Source: Alphaproteobacteria bacterium (GTDB lineage: Bacteria; Pseudomonadota; Alphaproteobacteria; SHVZ01). From it: a DNA stretch of 64,000 nt. The stretch is taken from positions 2,560 to 66,559 of the forward strand of contig VGEN01000002.1 in assembly GCA_016869285.1 (NCBI GenBank), read 5' to 3'. Every line of letters starts with the position of its first letter. The stretch's first letter is position 1. The notes beneath the pieces were generated by a model that ran no database searches, had not been told where the DNA came from, and worked only from the letters and a program-made list of their open reading frames with translations. Shown here one piece after another: positions 1 to 9,742 of this stretch. Made by a program: the position numbers and the translations under genes.

Positions 1-1
1 C

Positions 2-1030
2 GGTGGCGGCGACATCCTGCAGCCCCGGGTCGATCTGTCCGCGAATCTCGGCCGGGATCGCCGACATCGCATTCGCGGCGCCGGCAAACCAGTGGACGCG
101 GAAGATCTCCGGCACCCCGGAGGTGTCTGGATCGGCCTGCTCGATCTCGGCACCGAGCTCGGCCAGGCGTGCGACGGCGGCGGCGACCAGGATCGCGACA
201 TCCGGCTCGACGCGATTGCCGCCGAGCGTCGGCGAATAGGCGATCCTAAGGCCCTTGATGCCGTCGTCGAGACCGATGCGCCAGTCGCGGCGGTCATGGG
301 GCAGCGCATAGATGTCGCGATGATCCGGCTCGCTGATCACGGTCAGCATGAGCGCCGCATCCTCGACCGTGCGCGTCATCGGGCCGACATGGGCGACGGT
401 GCCGAAGGGGCTCAGGGGATAGGCCGGTACGCGGCCGAAGCTCTGCTTCAGGCCGAAGATGCCGGTGAAGGCGGCCGGGATGCGGATCGACCCGCCGCCA
501 TCGGTGCCGAGATGCAGCGCGCCCATGCCCATCGCCGCGGCGACCGCGGCGCCGCCGGAGGAGCCGCCTGGCGTGCGCGTCGGATCCCAGGGATTGCGGG
601 TGACGCCGGTCAGCGGGCTGTCGGTGACGCCCTTCCAGCCGAACTCCGGCGTCGTCGTCTTGCCCAGCAGGACGGCGCCGTGCTCGCGCATGCGCGCCAC
701 GGTCGGCGCGTCCTCGGTCCAGGGCTGATCGCGCTTGATCGTGCGCGAGCCGCGCAACGTCGGCCAGCCTTTGGTCAGGAGCAGGTCCTTCACCGTAGCC
801 GGCACGCCATCGAGCAAGCCCATCGGACGGCCTTCGCGCCAGCGTGTTTCGGACTCGCGCGCCTGCGCCATCGCGCCTTCCTCGTCGAGCCAGCACAGCG
901 CGTTCAGCCGCTCGTTATGCTTGCGGATCTCGCCCAGCGCCGCCGCCGTCGCCTCGACCGGGGAGAGCGAGCCGCGTCGGTAGCTCCTGAGGAGCTCGGT
1001 TGCGGACATCAGGGCGACGTCGCGGGTCAT
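2..1030 (-). CDS. Amidase signature family protein (runs off the left window edge)
   Basis: Manual translation from ATG 1030: MTRDVALMSATELLRSYRRGSLSPVEAT...; contains TPGGSSGGAA and LGTDGGGSIRIPAAFTG amidase signature motifs. Not in the ORF track because there is no stop in the window. Confidence 0.9.
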   Translation of the reverse strand, partial: MTRDVALMSATELLRSYRRGSLSPVEATAAALGEIRKHNERLNALCWLDEEGAMAQARESETRWREGRPMGLLDGVPATVKDLLLTKGWPTLRGSRTIKRDQPWTEDAPTVARMREHGAVLLGKTTTPEFGWKGVTDSPLTGVTRNPWDPTRTPGGSSGGAAVAAAMGMGALHLGTDGGGSIRIPAAFTGIFGLKQSFGRVPAYPLSPFGTVAHVGPMTRTVEDAALMLTVISEPDHRDIYALPHDRRDWRIGLDDGIKGLRIAYSPTLGGNRVEPDVAILVAAAVARLAELGAEIEQADPDTSGVPEIFRVHWFAGAANAMSAIPAEIRGQIDPGLQDVAAT

Positions 1031-1051
1031 GGCGGTCCTCGGAAACTGCGG

Positions 1052-2359
1052 TCAGCCGGCCAGGCGCTCGGCCAGACGGCGGGTGTGGGCAATGTTCGGC
1101 CGGCGGGCGAGGCGGCGCTCGACGATGGCGCGCGCGGCTTCGGTGCGGCCGGCCTGCATCAGCGCATCGAGATGGACCTGCTCGAACAGATCGCGCTGCG
1201 CGTGGCTACCGCCGATGCGATGGAGGTTCGGCAGAACCTGACCGAGAATGTCCGCGGCTTCCTCGAAGCGCCCGAGGATATAGCCGATCAGCGCGCGTGC
1301 CGTCGGCACGGCGACCTGCTGCCACATCACCTGCTGCACCGGCTTCACCTTGCCGGCATGCGCCATGATGCCGGTGAGCAGCTGCGCTGCCTCGCCGTCG
1401 CGCCCGGCCTTGGCCAGGCCGTAGAGGTAGTGGAGGTCGAGGAACGGATCGACATGCTCGTCGGTGCGCGGCGCTAGGTAGCTCGCGACATCAGTCCATC
1501 GGTCGCGGACATCGACGCCGCGAAGCTGCAGGCGCGCCAGCAGCGAGACGGCGTTGACCTGGTCCTGGGAGTACTCCTTGAGGCGACCCCAGACGCGCGT
1601 GTCGTAGGTCTTGAGCGCGCCCTCGTGGTCGTCGTGATCGAGCTGGAGCAGCGCGACGTGCCACCAGTTGTGCGTATACATGAAGGAGTTGCAGGTCTCC
1701 CAGGTATCGGCGAGACCGTGCATCCAGGCGAGGCCTTCGTCGATCCGCCCTTCGGTCTCCATCACGTGAGCGACGGCGTGATGCGCCCAGGGGTCGCGGC
1801 GGTCCATCTCGACCGCCTTGCGGCCGGCGGCCTCGGCATCGCGCAAGCGATGGCACTGCTCGTAGCCGAAGGCGACCATGCCGTGGGCGAAGTGGTTCTC
1901 GGCATTGGCGCTGAGCCCGGCTTCGCCGAGGGCCAGAATGCCCGGGGAGTCGCCGAGCGAGAAGGCGCGCACCTGGCCGATCTTGATCGCGGCGATGTCG
2001 CGCGGATATTTCTGCGCCAGCGCCTTATGCGCGGTCATCGACATGCCGTAGTCGCCGGCGGCCCAGGTCGAGATGGTCCAGAGATAGAGGCGCTCGCGCT
2101 CGGTCACCTGCTGGGCCGCCTCGATGCCGCGGCGGATATAGGGTCTGGCCTTGTCGGCGGCATCGCCGGTCTCGGCGAACAGCATCAGCGCCGCGGCGTG
2201 GGCCTGGGCGACGACGCAGCTCGGGTCGTCCTCGGCCGCATCCAGGATCGCCTGGAAGTCGGTGCCGTAGCCTAAGAAGGACTGGACGAAGCGATCGATC
2301 GCATCGATCGTCTCCGGCCGCTCGGTGGTGACGGGAAGGTCCTGGGCGTCGGTCAGCAT
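1052..2359 (-). CDS. TTC38-like tetratricopeptide repeat protein
   Basis: Motifs DPWAHHAVAHVME, THNWWHVAL and RIGGSHAQRDLFEQ are typical of the TTC38 family; start taken at MLTDAQ (ATG 2359). Confidence 0.85.
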   Translation of the reverse strand: MLTDAQDLPVTTERPETIDAIDRFVQSFLGYGTDFQAILDAAEDDPSCVVAQAHAAALMLFAETGDAADKARPYIRRGIEAAQQVTERERLYLWTISTWAAGDYGMSMTAHKALAQKYPRDIAAIKIGQVRAFSLGDSPGILALGEAGLSANAENHFAHGMVAFGYEQCHRLRDAEAAGRKAVEMDRRDPWAHHAVAHVMETEGRIDEGLAWMHGLADTWETCNSFMYTHNWWHVALLQLDHDDHEGALKTYDTRVWGRLKEYSQDQVNAVSLLARLQLRGVDVRDRWTDVASYLAPRTDEHVDPFLDLHYLYGLAKAGRDGEAAQLLTGIMAHAGKVKPVQQVMWQQVAVPTARALIGYILGRFEEAADILGQVLPNLHRIGGSHAQRDLFEQVHLDALMQAGRTEAARAIVERRLARRPNIAHTRRLAERLAG

Positions 2360-2410
2360 GCGGGCGTCATTGTCGCGCGGGTCCGGCCCGGCCGGCAACC
2401 GCCAGGACGC

Positions 2411-3502
2411 TCAGGTTGTGCGCCTGGCCGTGGCGCGGGCGATGAGCCGAGCGATGGTCGGCCCCACGGCCAGGACGACGAAGAGGCGGAAGGTCTGCAG
2501 CGCCATGACGAAAGGCACGTCGACCTTGGCCGAGGCGGCGATGATCCCGACCGAGTCGAGGCCGCCGGGGCTGGTGGCGAGGTAGGCGCTCAAGGGGTCG
2601 ATGCCGAGGGTGCGGTGCAGGATATAGGCAAGCCCGCCGCAGAAGCTGATCAGCGCCACGGTCGAGGCGGCGATCGGGACGAAGGCGCGGAGGGCGTGAA
2701 TGACCACGGTCCGCGTAAAACTGAGCCCGACGCTGATGCCGAGCATGGCGTAGCTGACCACGAGCAGCGGCTCCGGCAGCTCGATCCGGACCAGGCCGGA
2801 GACCTGCATCACCGTGCCCACGACCAGGGGGACCAGGAAGCCGCCGCCGGGGATCTTGAGCCGGCGGCCAAGAAGGGCGGCGGCGATGGCGATCGCCATG
2901 GTCTCGCCGAAAGCCAGCCAGTCGAGCGGGTGGATCAAGGGCCGCGACGGCGCCGGACCGGCATGAGGGTTGAGCCAGAAACCGGAGATGACGGCGGCGG
3001 TGATCGCAACGAAGACGACGCGCAGATACTGCATGAAGGCGACGTAGCGAGCGTCGTCGCCGAACTCACCGGCCATCAGCATCATCGGCGTCGCGGCACC
3101 GGGCGAGGTTCCCCACACCGCGGTCGTGCCGGGCAGGATCTGCAGGCGCGTCATCACCCAGCCCACGATGCTCGAGAAGACTAGAATCGAGGCCACGGTG
3201 CCCAGGAACAGCGGCCAGCCGTCGAGGAAGGTGCGGACGATATCGGCGTCGATCGAATGCGCGATCATGCTGCCGACGACCGACTGCCCGATGAGAAAGG
3301 GAAGCGCGGGTACGCGGACGTTGCCGCCATTGGTCGAGACCAGAATGCCCGCAAGTAGCGGGCCGACCAGGAAGGCGGCGGGGATTCCGGCGAGGTGGAA
3401 CGGCACGGCGAGGCCGACCGACAGGAGCGCGATCAGCGCCCATTGGGTCCATGTCGGCGATCCGGTGAGGCGACCGGGTGCGGCGTCGCGAGGCTGGGTC
3501 AT
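2411..3502 (-). CDS. abrB: AbrB-family integral membrane protein (AidB regulator-like, duplicated membrane domain)
   Basis: Hydrophobic protein with two repeats containing TSPGAA/TSPGGL and MQYLRV/LQTFRL; start MTQPRD at 3502 avoids overlap with the upstream gene. Confidence 0.75.
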   Translation of the reverse strand: MTQPRDAAPGRLTGSPTWTQWALIALLSVGLAVPFHLAGIPAAFLVGPLLAGILVSTNGGNVRVPALPFLIGQSVVGSMIAHSIDADIVRTFLDGWPLFLGTVASILVFSSIVGWVMTRLQILPGTTAVWGTSPGAATPMMLMAGEFGDDARYVAFMQYLRVVFVAITAAVISGFWLNPHAGPAPSRPLIHPLDWLAFGETMAIAIAAALLGRRLKIPGGGFLVPLVVGTVMQVSGLVRIELPEPLLVVSYAMLGISVGLSFTRTVVIHALRAFVPIAASTVALISFCGGLAYILHRTLGIDPLSAYLATSPGGLDSVGIIAASAKVDVPFVMALQTFRLFVVLAVGPTIARLIARATARRTT

Positions 3503-3506
3503 CCGT

Positions 3507-4550
3507 CTACCAGCCGGTGATATCCGACCAGTAGCGCCTGAAGGCAGCGCCGCTCGCATCGCGCGGAACGCTGAAGGGCTGCAGCCTAGTGCGATCTCCG
3601 TCGCCGTTTCCGCCGTTGGCGGTGGAAGTTGTGGTGCGGATGCCCCATTGCCCGGCATCGGTCGCCCCGATCATGCCGTAGCGAAGGTCCGTCGCGACGA
3701 GCATGATCCGCCCTCCGGCGTCCGACATCGTCCGCCAAAGCACCTTGTCCATTGCAAACCATTCGAACAGTGCCGCCTCACGACTGCGACGTGCGGCGGC
3801 GATCGGTTCGCCGGTCTCCCTCGGATAGCTCGTCCAGACGATCGGCTTGGGATTGAGGACCGAGTAGTAGCCGACATGCGCGGCTTCCGGCGTCACGGCG
3901 ACGACACGGCGATAGTAGGGCTGGAACAGCAGCGGATACGCGCTGACCGTCGCCGGCTTGCCGAGATCCGCGGCGGCGACGCGCTCGACCTTCTCGTTGA
4001 TCGCCCAGCCGGCGAAGGAATAGACGAGGATAAACAGCAAGGCGATGCCGGCAGCGTTTTGGGCGGTCGACGGTCGTACCGCCGACCGCGTGCCGATGAC
4101 GAGCGCGATCAACAGGGCGGTCGAGTAGATCGGTTCGATGATCGGCATCGAGTCGATCGCGAAGCGGGTCGTCGTCAGCGGCCAAAGAAGCTGCGTGCCG
4201 TAGCTGGTGAAGAGGTCGATCAACGGATGCGTGACGAGCGACAGCACCGCGAGCCAGATCCAGGCATTCAGCCTCTCCCGGTCGCGTGCAAGGCCCGACC
4301 GCCAGGCTTCGAGGCGCCAGATCGCCCAGCCGATCAGCGGACCGACGACGGGACCGAAAAGCAGCGAGTGCGTCAGGCCGCGGTGATGCTCCCATTCGGC
4401 GAAGCGACCGCCGACCCAGGCGGCGACCGCGTCCAGGTCGGGAACGGAAGCGATGATCGCGCCGGCGACCAGCGCCCGGCGGCCGAGCTTCCGGCGGAAT
4501 CCGGCCTGCGCCACGGTGGCGCCGAACAGCATCTGGGTGATCGAATCCAT
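3507..4550 (-). CDS. YdjM-family membrane-associated metal-dependent hydrolase
   Basis: MDSITQ start; motifs PDLD, HRGLTHSL and HPLIDLFTSYGT. Confidence 0.85.
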   Translation of the reverse strand: MDSITQMLFGATVAQAGFRRKLGRRALVAGAIIASVPDLDAVAAWVGGRFAEWEHHRGLTHSLLFGPVVGPLIGWAIWRLEAWRSGLARDRERLNAWIWLAVLSLVTHPLIDLFTSYGTQLLWPLTTTRFAIDSMPIIEPIYSTALLIALVIGTRSAVRPSTAQNAAGIALLFILVYSFAGWAINEKVERVAAADLGKPATVSAYPLLFQPYYRRVVAVTPEAAHVGYYSVLNPKPIVWTSYPRETGEPIAAARRSREAALFEWFAMDKVLWRTMSDAGGRIMLVATDLRYGMIGATDAGQWGIRTTTSTANGGNGDGDRTRLQPFSVPRDASGAAFRRYWSDITGW

Positions 4551-4661
4551 GGGGGCCATTTATCACGAGCGCGTGGCGGCGGTCATGCGAAGGACAGGGG
4601 TTGTTGCCGATCCGAAACCGCCATGCCTAGAGTTCCCCATCACAACTTTTGGAGGCACGTC

Positions 4662-6248
4662 ATGGATCGAAGCCTGGTGACTCGGCAGGCATGGCTCATC
4701 GCACCGGCGCTGGCGCTCGTGCTGGCCTCGCCGGCGGCGGCGCAGAAGGTGCTGAAGGCGGTGCCGCATGCCGATCTCAAGGTGCTCGACACCCATGTCG
4801 GCTCGATCCAGATCACCAAGATCTTTTCGCTGATGGTCTACGACCAGCTCTTCGCCTGGGACGAGAAGTGGCATGTGAAGCCGCAGATGGTTGGCGACTG
4901 GCAGGTCTCGCCCGATAAGCTCACCTACACCTTCAAACTCCGTCCGGGCCTTAAATGGCATGACGGCACCAAGGTCACTTCCAAGGACGTGATCCCCTCG
5001 GTGCAGCGCTGGGCCAAGCGCGATCCGATGGGTCAGAAGATGATGGAGTTCACCGCCGGCTTCGAGGCGGTCGACGACGATACCTTCCGCATCAAGCTCA
5101 AGGAGCCTTACGGCTTCGTCGAATTCACGTTGGGCTCGGCCGGCGGCTCGCTGCCAGTGATCTATCGTGAGAAGGACGCGGCGACCGACGCCTTCACGGG
5201 CATCACCACGACCATCGGCTCCGGCCCCTTCAAGTTCAACCGCGAAGCCTGGCAGCCGGGCTCGAAGATCGTCTTCGACAAGAACACCGACTATCCGGCG
5301 CGGAACGAGCCGGCCGACGGGTTGGCCGGCGGCAAGGTGGTCAAGGTCGATCGCGTCGAATGGACGATCATGCCCGACCCCGGCACCTCGGCGGCCGCTT
5401 TGGTGCGCGGCGAGGTCGATCTCTGGGACAATCCGTCCGGCGACCAGATCCCGGTGATCGCGAAGAGCAAGGATGTCGTGGTCGCGCCGCTGACGCCCTT
5501 CGGCAATATGGGCTTCCTCCGCACCAATGCACTCCATCCGCCCTTCAACAATCCGAAGGCCAGGCTCGCGCTCGCCTATGCCTTCGACCAGCGCGACTTC
5601 CAGCGCGCGTCCACCGGCGACGACGAGCGCTGGTGGAAGGTCTGCTACTCCTTCTTCATCTGCGGCACGCCCTACGGCACCGAGTTCGGCTCGGAAGCCG
5701 TGCAGAAGGTCGACCTCGCCAAGGCCAGGCAGCTCATGACCGAGGCCGGCTACAAGGGCGAGAAGCTGATCATGATCACCACCAACGAGATCGCCGCGAT
5801 CGGCGCGCTCGCCCAGGTGGCGACGGCCAGGCTCAAGGAGATCGGCGTCAATGTCGAGATGCAGATCAACGACTGGGGCTCGGTTGTCACGCGAATGACC
5901 AAGAAGGACGAGCCCGAGAAGGGCGGCTGGCACATGTTCACCAGCCGGGGCACGGCCTCCACCTACCATCATCCGCTGACCAACATCACCGCGGTCATGA
6001 CCTGCGACGGCAAGAACTGGAACGGCTGGCCCTGCGACGAGGAGGCGGAGAAGCTCCGCAACGCCTTCATCCGAGAGCCTGACGAGAAGAAGCGCATGGA
6101 GATCCTGAACCAGTTCCACGCTCGTTTGGTCCAGGTGCAGCCCTACACGCTGCTCGGCAACTTCATGCCGCTCTATGCGTGGCGGAAGAACGTCGACGGC
6201 GTCGTGAAAGGCGCCATCCTCGCCTACTGGAACATCGGCAAGAGTTGA
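4662..6248 (+). CDS. ABC transporter substrate-binding protein, family 5 (DppA/OppA-like), orphan
   Basis: GGAGG at 4651-4655 before ATG 4662; signal peptide ending in PAAA; motifs YTFKLRPGLKWHDG, IGSGPFKF and PPFNNPKARLA. Confidence 0.9.
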   Translation: MDRSLVTRQAWLIAPALALVLASPAAAQKVLKAVPHADLKVLDTHVGSIQITKIFSLMVYDQLFAWDEKWHVKPQMVGDWQVSPDKLTYTFKLRPGLKWHDGTKVTSKDVIPSVQRWAKRDPMGQKMMEFTAGFEAVDDDTFRIKLKEPYGFVEFTLGSAGGSLPVIYREKDAATDAFTGITTTIGSGPFKFNREAWQPGSKIVFDKNTDYPARNEPADGLAGGKVVKVDRVEWTIMPDPGTSAAALVRGEVDLWDNPSGDQIPVIAKSKDVVVAPLTPFGNMGFLRTNALHPPFNNPKARLALAYAFDQRDFQRASTGDDERWWKVCYSFFICGTPYGTEFGSEAVQKVDLAKARQLMTEAGYKGEKLIMITTNEIAAIGALAQVATARLKEIGVNVEMQINDWGSVVTRMTKKDEPEKGGWHMFTSRGTASTYHHPLTNITAVMTCDGKNWNGWPCDEEAEKLRNAFIREPDEKKRMEILNQFHARLVQVQPYTLLGNFMPLYAWRKNVDGVVKGAILAYWNIGKS

Positions 6249-6254
6249 ATCCTC

Positions 6255-6288
6255 CGACTCTCCCCCGCTCCGGCGGGGGAGAGAGTCG
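6255..6288. repeat. GC-rich palindrome between convergent genes (REP-like or bidirectional terminator)
   Basis: CTCTCCCCCGC-tccg-GCGGGGGAGAG 11-bp stem, extended by CGA/TCG after a 2-nt bulge; no U-tract. Confidence 0.6.
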
Positions 6289-6289
6289 A

Positions 6290-7720
6290 TCAGCCCGTGC
6301 CGCCGACGGTGATGCCGTCCATCAAGAGCGTCGGCTGGCCGACGCCGACCGGCACGCTCTGGCCTTCCTTGCCGCAGGTGCCGACGCCGCCATCCATGCG
6401 CATGTCGTTGCCGACCATGCGGACCTTGGTCATGGCGTCGGGGCCGTTGCCGGTCAGCATCGCGCCCTTCACGGCGGGGCCAATCTTGCCGTCCTCGATC
6501 AGATAGGCCTCGGAGGCGGCGAAGACGAACTTGCCCGAGGTGATGTCGACCTGGCCGCCGGAGAAGTCGACGGCATAGAGGCCGCGCTTCACCGACTTGA
6601 TGATCTCCTCCGGCGAATGCGGGCCGGCGAGCATCAGCGTGTTGGTCATGCGCGGCATCGGCGAGGCGGCAAAGGATTCCCGCCGGCCGTTGCCGGTCGG
6701 CTTCATGCCCATCAGGCGCGCGTTCTGGCGGTCCTGCATGTAGCCGCGGAGGATGCCGTCCTCAATCAGGAGCGTGCGGCCCGAGGGCGTGCCTTCGTCA
6801 TCGACGGTGATCGAGCCGCGGCGGTCCTGCAGCGTGCCGTCATCGACGACGGTAACGCCGGGCGAGGCCACGTGCTGGCCGATGCGGTCGGAGAAGGTGG
6901 AAGTCTTCTTGCGGTTGAAGTCGCCCTCGAGCCCGTGGCCGACCGCTTCGTGAAGCATCACGCCGGTCCAGCCGGGGCCGAGCACGACCGGCATCTCGCC
7001 AGCCGGCGCCGCGACCGCGCCGAGATTGACCGCGGCGGCGCGGATCGCCTCGTCGACGATGCTCTGCCAGCCTTCGGGCTTGAGGTAGATGTCGTAGGGG
7101 ATGCGCCCGCCCGCGGATTCCGAGCCGGCTTCCTGGCGGTCGCCTTCGCCGAGGATCAGGCTGACGGTGAGGCGGACCATCGGCCTTATGTCTCCGACGG
7201 AGTAGCCGCCGGAACGCAGGATGCGGACGGCCTGCCAGGAGCCGGCGATGCTTGCCGAGACCTGGCGCACGCGCGGATCCTTCTTCCGCGCATAGGCGTC
7301 GATGTCCTGAAGGAGCTTCACCTTGGTCGAGAAATCGACCTCGGACAGCGGGTTGAAGTCGCCATAGAGGCGCCGGTTGGTGCCCGAGGGTGGCTCGGCA
7401 TAGGTGCCGGCATGGCCGCGGCGCACCGCCTTCACCGTATCGGCGGCACGGCGGATCGCCGGCTCGCTGATCTCGGAGGCATGTGCATAGCCGGCCGACT
7501 CGCCGGCCACCGCGCGCAGGCCGAAGCCCTGGGTCGTGTCGAAGCTGGCGTTCTTGAGCCGGCCGTCGTCGAAGGTCAGGCTCTCGGACTGGCGGTACTC
7601 GAAGAAGAGCTCGCCGTCGTCCGTGCCCTTGAGCGCCTCGTCGACTACGCCCTCGACACGCTTCTTATCGAGGTCCTGGCGGTTGAAGAACAGGTCGTCG
7701 GTGGTCTGGATCGCGGACAT
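6290..7720 (-). CDS. tldD: Metalloprotease TldD
   Basis: HEAVGHGLEGDFNRK, PRMTNT and GTCGKEGQSVPVGVGQPT motifs; GAGGAG RBS. Confidence 0.95.
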   Translation of the reverse strand: MSAIQTTDDLFFNRQDLDKKRVEGVVDEALKGTDDGELFFEYRQSESLTFDDGRLKNASFDTTQGFGLRAVAGESAGYAHASEISEPAIRRAADTVKAVRRGHAGTYAEPPSGTNRRLYGDFNPLSEVDFSTKVKLLQDIDAYARKKDPRVRQVSASIAGSWQAVRILRSGGYSVGDIRPMVRLTVSLILGEGDRQEAGSESAGGRIPYDIYLKPEGWQSIVDEAIRAAAVNLGAVAAPAGEMPVVLGPGWTGVMLHEAVGHGLEGDFNRKKTSTFSDRIGQHVASPGVTVVDDGTLQDRRGSITVDDEGTPSGRTLLIEDGILRGYMQDRQNARLMGMKPTGNGRRESFAASPMPRMTNTLMLAGPHSPEEIIKSVKRGLYAVDFSGGQVDITSGKFVFAASEAYLIEDGKIGPAVKGAMLTGNGPDAMTKVRMVGNDMRMDGGVGTCGKEGQSVPVGVGQPTLLMDGITVGGTG

Positions 7721-7769
7721 GCTTAGATCTCCTCAGACCTGGATATAGGTAGCTCGATGAGATCTGCCA

Positions 7770-8645
7770 TCACCAGGCCAGCGTCGCCAGCGCCGCGGTC
7801 GGACGCTCGCGGTAGCTTTCGCAGAGCCGGTTCAACGCCCCGGACTCCGGTTTCGCTCCTGGGGGAATGCTCATCTCGCCCGAAGGCAGGCCGGCACAGA
7901 TCAGAAGAGAGTCGATGCCGGCGGCACGCGCACCGGGAATGTCGGTCAGCAGGCCGTCGCCGCACATGGCGACGCGCTTGCGATCGACGCCCTGGATGAG
8001 CTCGAAGCAGCGCTCGTAGATCTCCTTGTGCGGCTTGCCGTGATAGCGGATGTCGCCGCCGAGCTCGGCATATCGCCTGGCAAGCCCGCCGGCGCAGACA
8101 GTCAGCCTGCCGTCCATCACCACCTCGAGATCCGGGTTGGCGCAGATCATCGGCAGCTTCCGGCGGATCGCCGCCTGCATCATCTCCTCGTAATGCGCGA
8201 CCTTGTCGTCGAGCCCGTTGGGGCCGGTGTTGAGCACGAGATCGGCCGCCTCGACGTCGGTCGTCAGCGTGAACTCGGTTTCCTCGACGAGGCCGGAGAA
8301 GCGGGCCGGTCCGGTGTCGATCGCCACATTGCCGAGCTTGCGATACCAGGGATCGGGACGATGCTTGAGATGGCGATGTGTCTCCTCGCCCGAGGTGACC
8401 AGGTGGTCGTAGAGATGACGGTCCACCTTGATCGAGTCGAGGCGCTCGCCGACGATGCTGCTTCGCCGCGGCGAGTTCGACAGCACGACGATCTGCGCGC
8501 CGCGCTTCTTCAGGCGTTCCAGGCAGTCGACGACGCCGGGGAAGGCGCTATTGCCGCCGTCGTAGAGGACGCCCCAGACATCGACGATATACGCGTCATA
8601 GCGATCCGCAACCTCGCGGACGCCGTCGAGAACGGGAATGGTCAC
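7770..8645 (-). CDS. HAD-superfamily subfamily IIA hydrolase (TIGR01459-like)
   Basis: DVWGVLYDG, LSNSPR, CANPD, GKPH and GDGLLTDI motifs; GTGA overlap with the upstream EAL gene. Confidence 0.9.
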   Translation of the reverse strand: MTIPVLDGVREVADRYDAYIVDVWGVLYDGGNSAFPGVVDCLERLKKRGAQIVVLSNSPRRSSIVGERLDSIKVDRHLYDHLVTSGEETHRHLKHRPDPWYRKLGNVAIDTGPARFSGLVEETEFTLTTDVEAADLVLNTGPNGLDDKVAHYEEMMQAAIRRKLPMICANPDLEVVMDGRLTVCAGGLARRYAELGGDIRYHGKPHKEIYERCFELIQGVDRKRVAMCGDGLLTDIPGARAAGIDSLLICAGLPSGEMSIPPGAKPESGALNRLCESYRERPTAALATLAW

Positions 8646-9703
8646 GTAGCCTCTGCGCTCAGTCTGGGTTCGCCGAAGAGAAAGCCCTGGCCAAAGTCGG
8701 GCCGGCAGTCGAGGGCTTCAAGAAGCTGGTCTTCGGATTCGACCTTTTCAATGATCAGGTCGACGGCCGCTCGGTCGAGGGCGAGCCTGAAGTCGCCCAT
8801 GTCGATGTCGCCGGTCCTGACTGCGCTCAGCAGATGCTGCGCATCGACCTTCAGGAACTTGAAGCCGAGCGAGGCCAGGTCGCCGATATCCATGTCGAGA
8901 TTGGTCACCTGGTCGAGCGACAGCTTGAAGCCGAGATTGGCGAGCTTTCTCAGCGAGTCGCGGTGATCGAGTCCAGTGGTGAGGTCTTTCTGGCTGAACT
9001 CGAAGAACAGCGCCTGCGCCAGCTCCGGGTACTCGCTGAGGAACTCGAGGAAATCGCGGAAGAAGCTGTCATCGGCGAGCGAGTATCCTGAGATGTTGCA
9101 GAAGAAGCCGAGATCGAGCTTGCCCTTGCGCGCACGGCGGGTGAGCTGGATGCAGCGGAACAGCAGCATGTTGTCGATTGCGCCCATCAGCCCGGCACGC
9201 TTCGCCACGTCGAGATATTGCTCGGGCAGGATCCAGCTGCCATCCGGCGCGCGGATGCGGCTGAAGCACTCGAAGTAGCGCCGTCGGCGCTGCGGCAGGC
9301 TGACGATCGGCTGCAGGAAGAGATCGACCTTCTCCTGGTTGAGCGCGTCGCGCACGACCTCGAGCACCTGGTTCGCGGCCATCACCGGTCTCGGCGCCAC
9401 GGCGACCGGCATCTTGGCGTCCACGGCCGCCGCGGCTCCGGGAGCCGCCTGCTGCGCGCGCTGGGCCGAGAGTTGCACGAGCAGCTTCTGCAGCACGCGC
9501 ATCTCGGAGGCGACCTTCTCGCCCGAACCGGCGGCTCGCTTGCCGAGTTCCGACTGCTCTTCGGCGAGGCCTTCGAGACGCGCTTCGATCAGGCGCAGGC
9601 GCCGCTTCACCTTGCGGTTGGAAAGGGCAAGGAAGAGGACTAACAGCAGCGCCAGTGCCGAGACCGCGAGCGAAGCGAGAAGGATCAGAAAGGAATCCGG
9701 AAT
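8642..9703 (-). CDS. TipF-like membrane-anchored degenerate EAL-domain protein (start uncertain: ATT 9703, CTG 9709 or GTG 9610)
   Basis: EAL fold with LFLQPIVSLP...YFECFSRIR and GQGFLFGEP; coiled-coil region; an in-frame hydrophobic segment lies upstream of the first GTG. Confidence 0.75.
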   Translation of the reverse strand: MPDSFLILLASLAVSALALLLVLFLALSNRKVKRRLRLIEARLEGLAEEQSELGKRAAGSGEKVASEMRVLQKLLVQLSAQRAQQAAPGAAAAVDAKMPVAVAPRPVMAANQVLEVVRDALNQEKVDLFLQPIVSLPQRRRRYFECFSRIRAPDGSWILPEQYLDVAKRAGLMGAIDNMLLFRCIQLTRRARKGKLDLGFFCNISGYSLADDSFFRDFLEFLSEYPELAQALFFEFSQKDLTTGLDHRDSLRKLANLGFKLSLDQVTNLDMDIGDLASLGFKFLKVDAQHLLSAVRTGDIDMGDFRLALDRAAVDLIIEKVESEDQLLEALDCRPDFGQGFLFGEPRLSAEAT

Positions 9704-9742
9704 GAGCAGGTCTCCTGGGCCGCGCGGCGCATTGTGCCCGGC

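Noticed and set aside
92-1477. 461-aa plus-strand ORF
   Set aside because: Antisense to the amidase and TTC38-like genes, which carry recognisable motifs.
3126-4661. N-terminal 512 aa of the 1040-aa ORF (apparent giant SBP fusion)
   Set aside because: Overlaps abrB and the YdjM gene on the opposite strand; the real start with RBS and signal peptide is ATG 4662.
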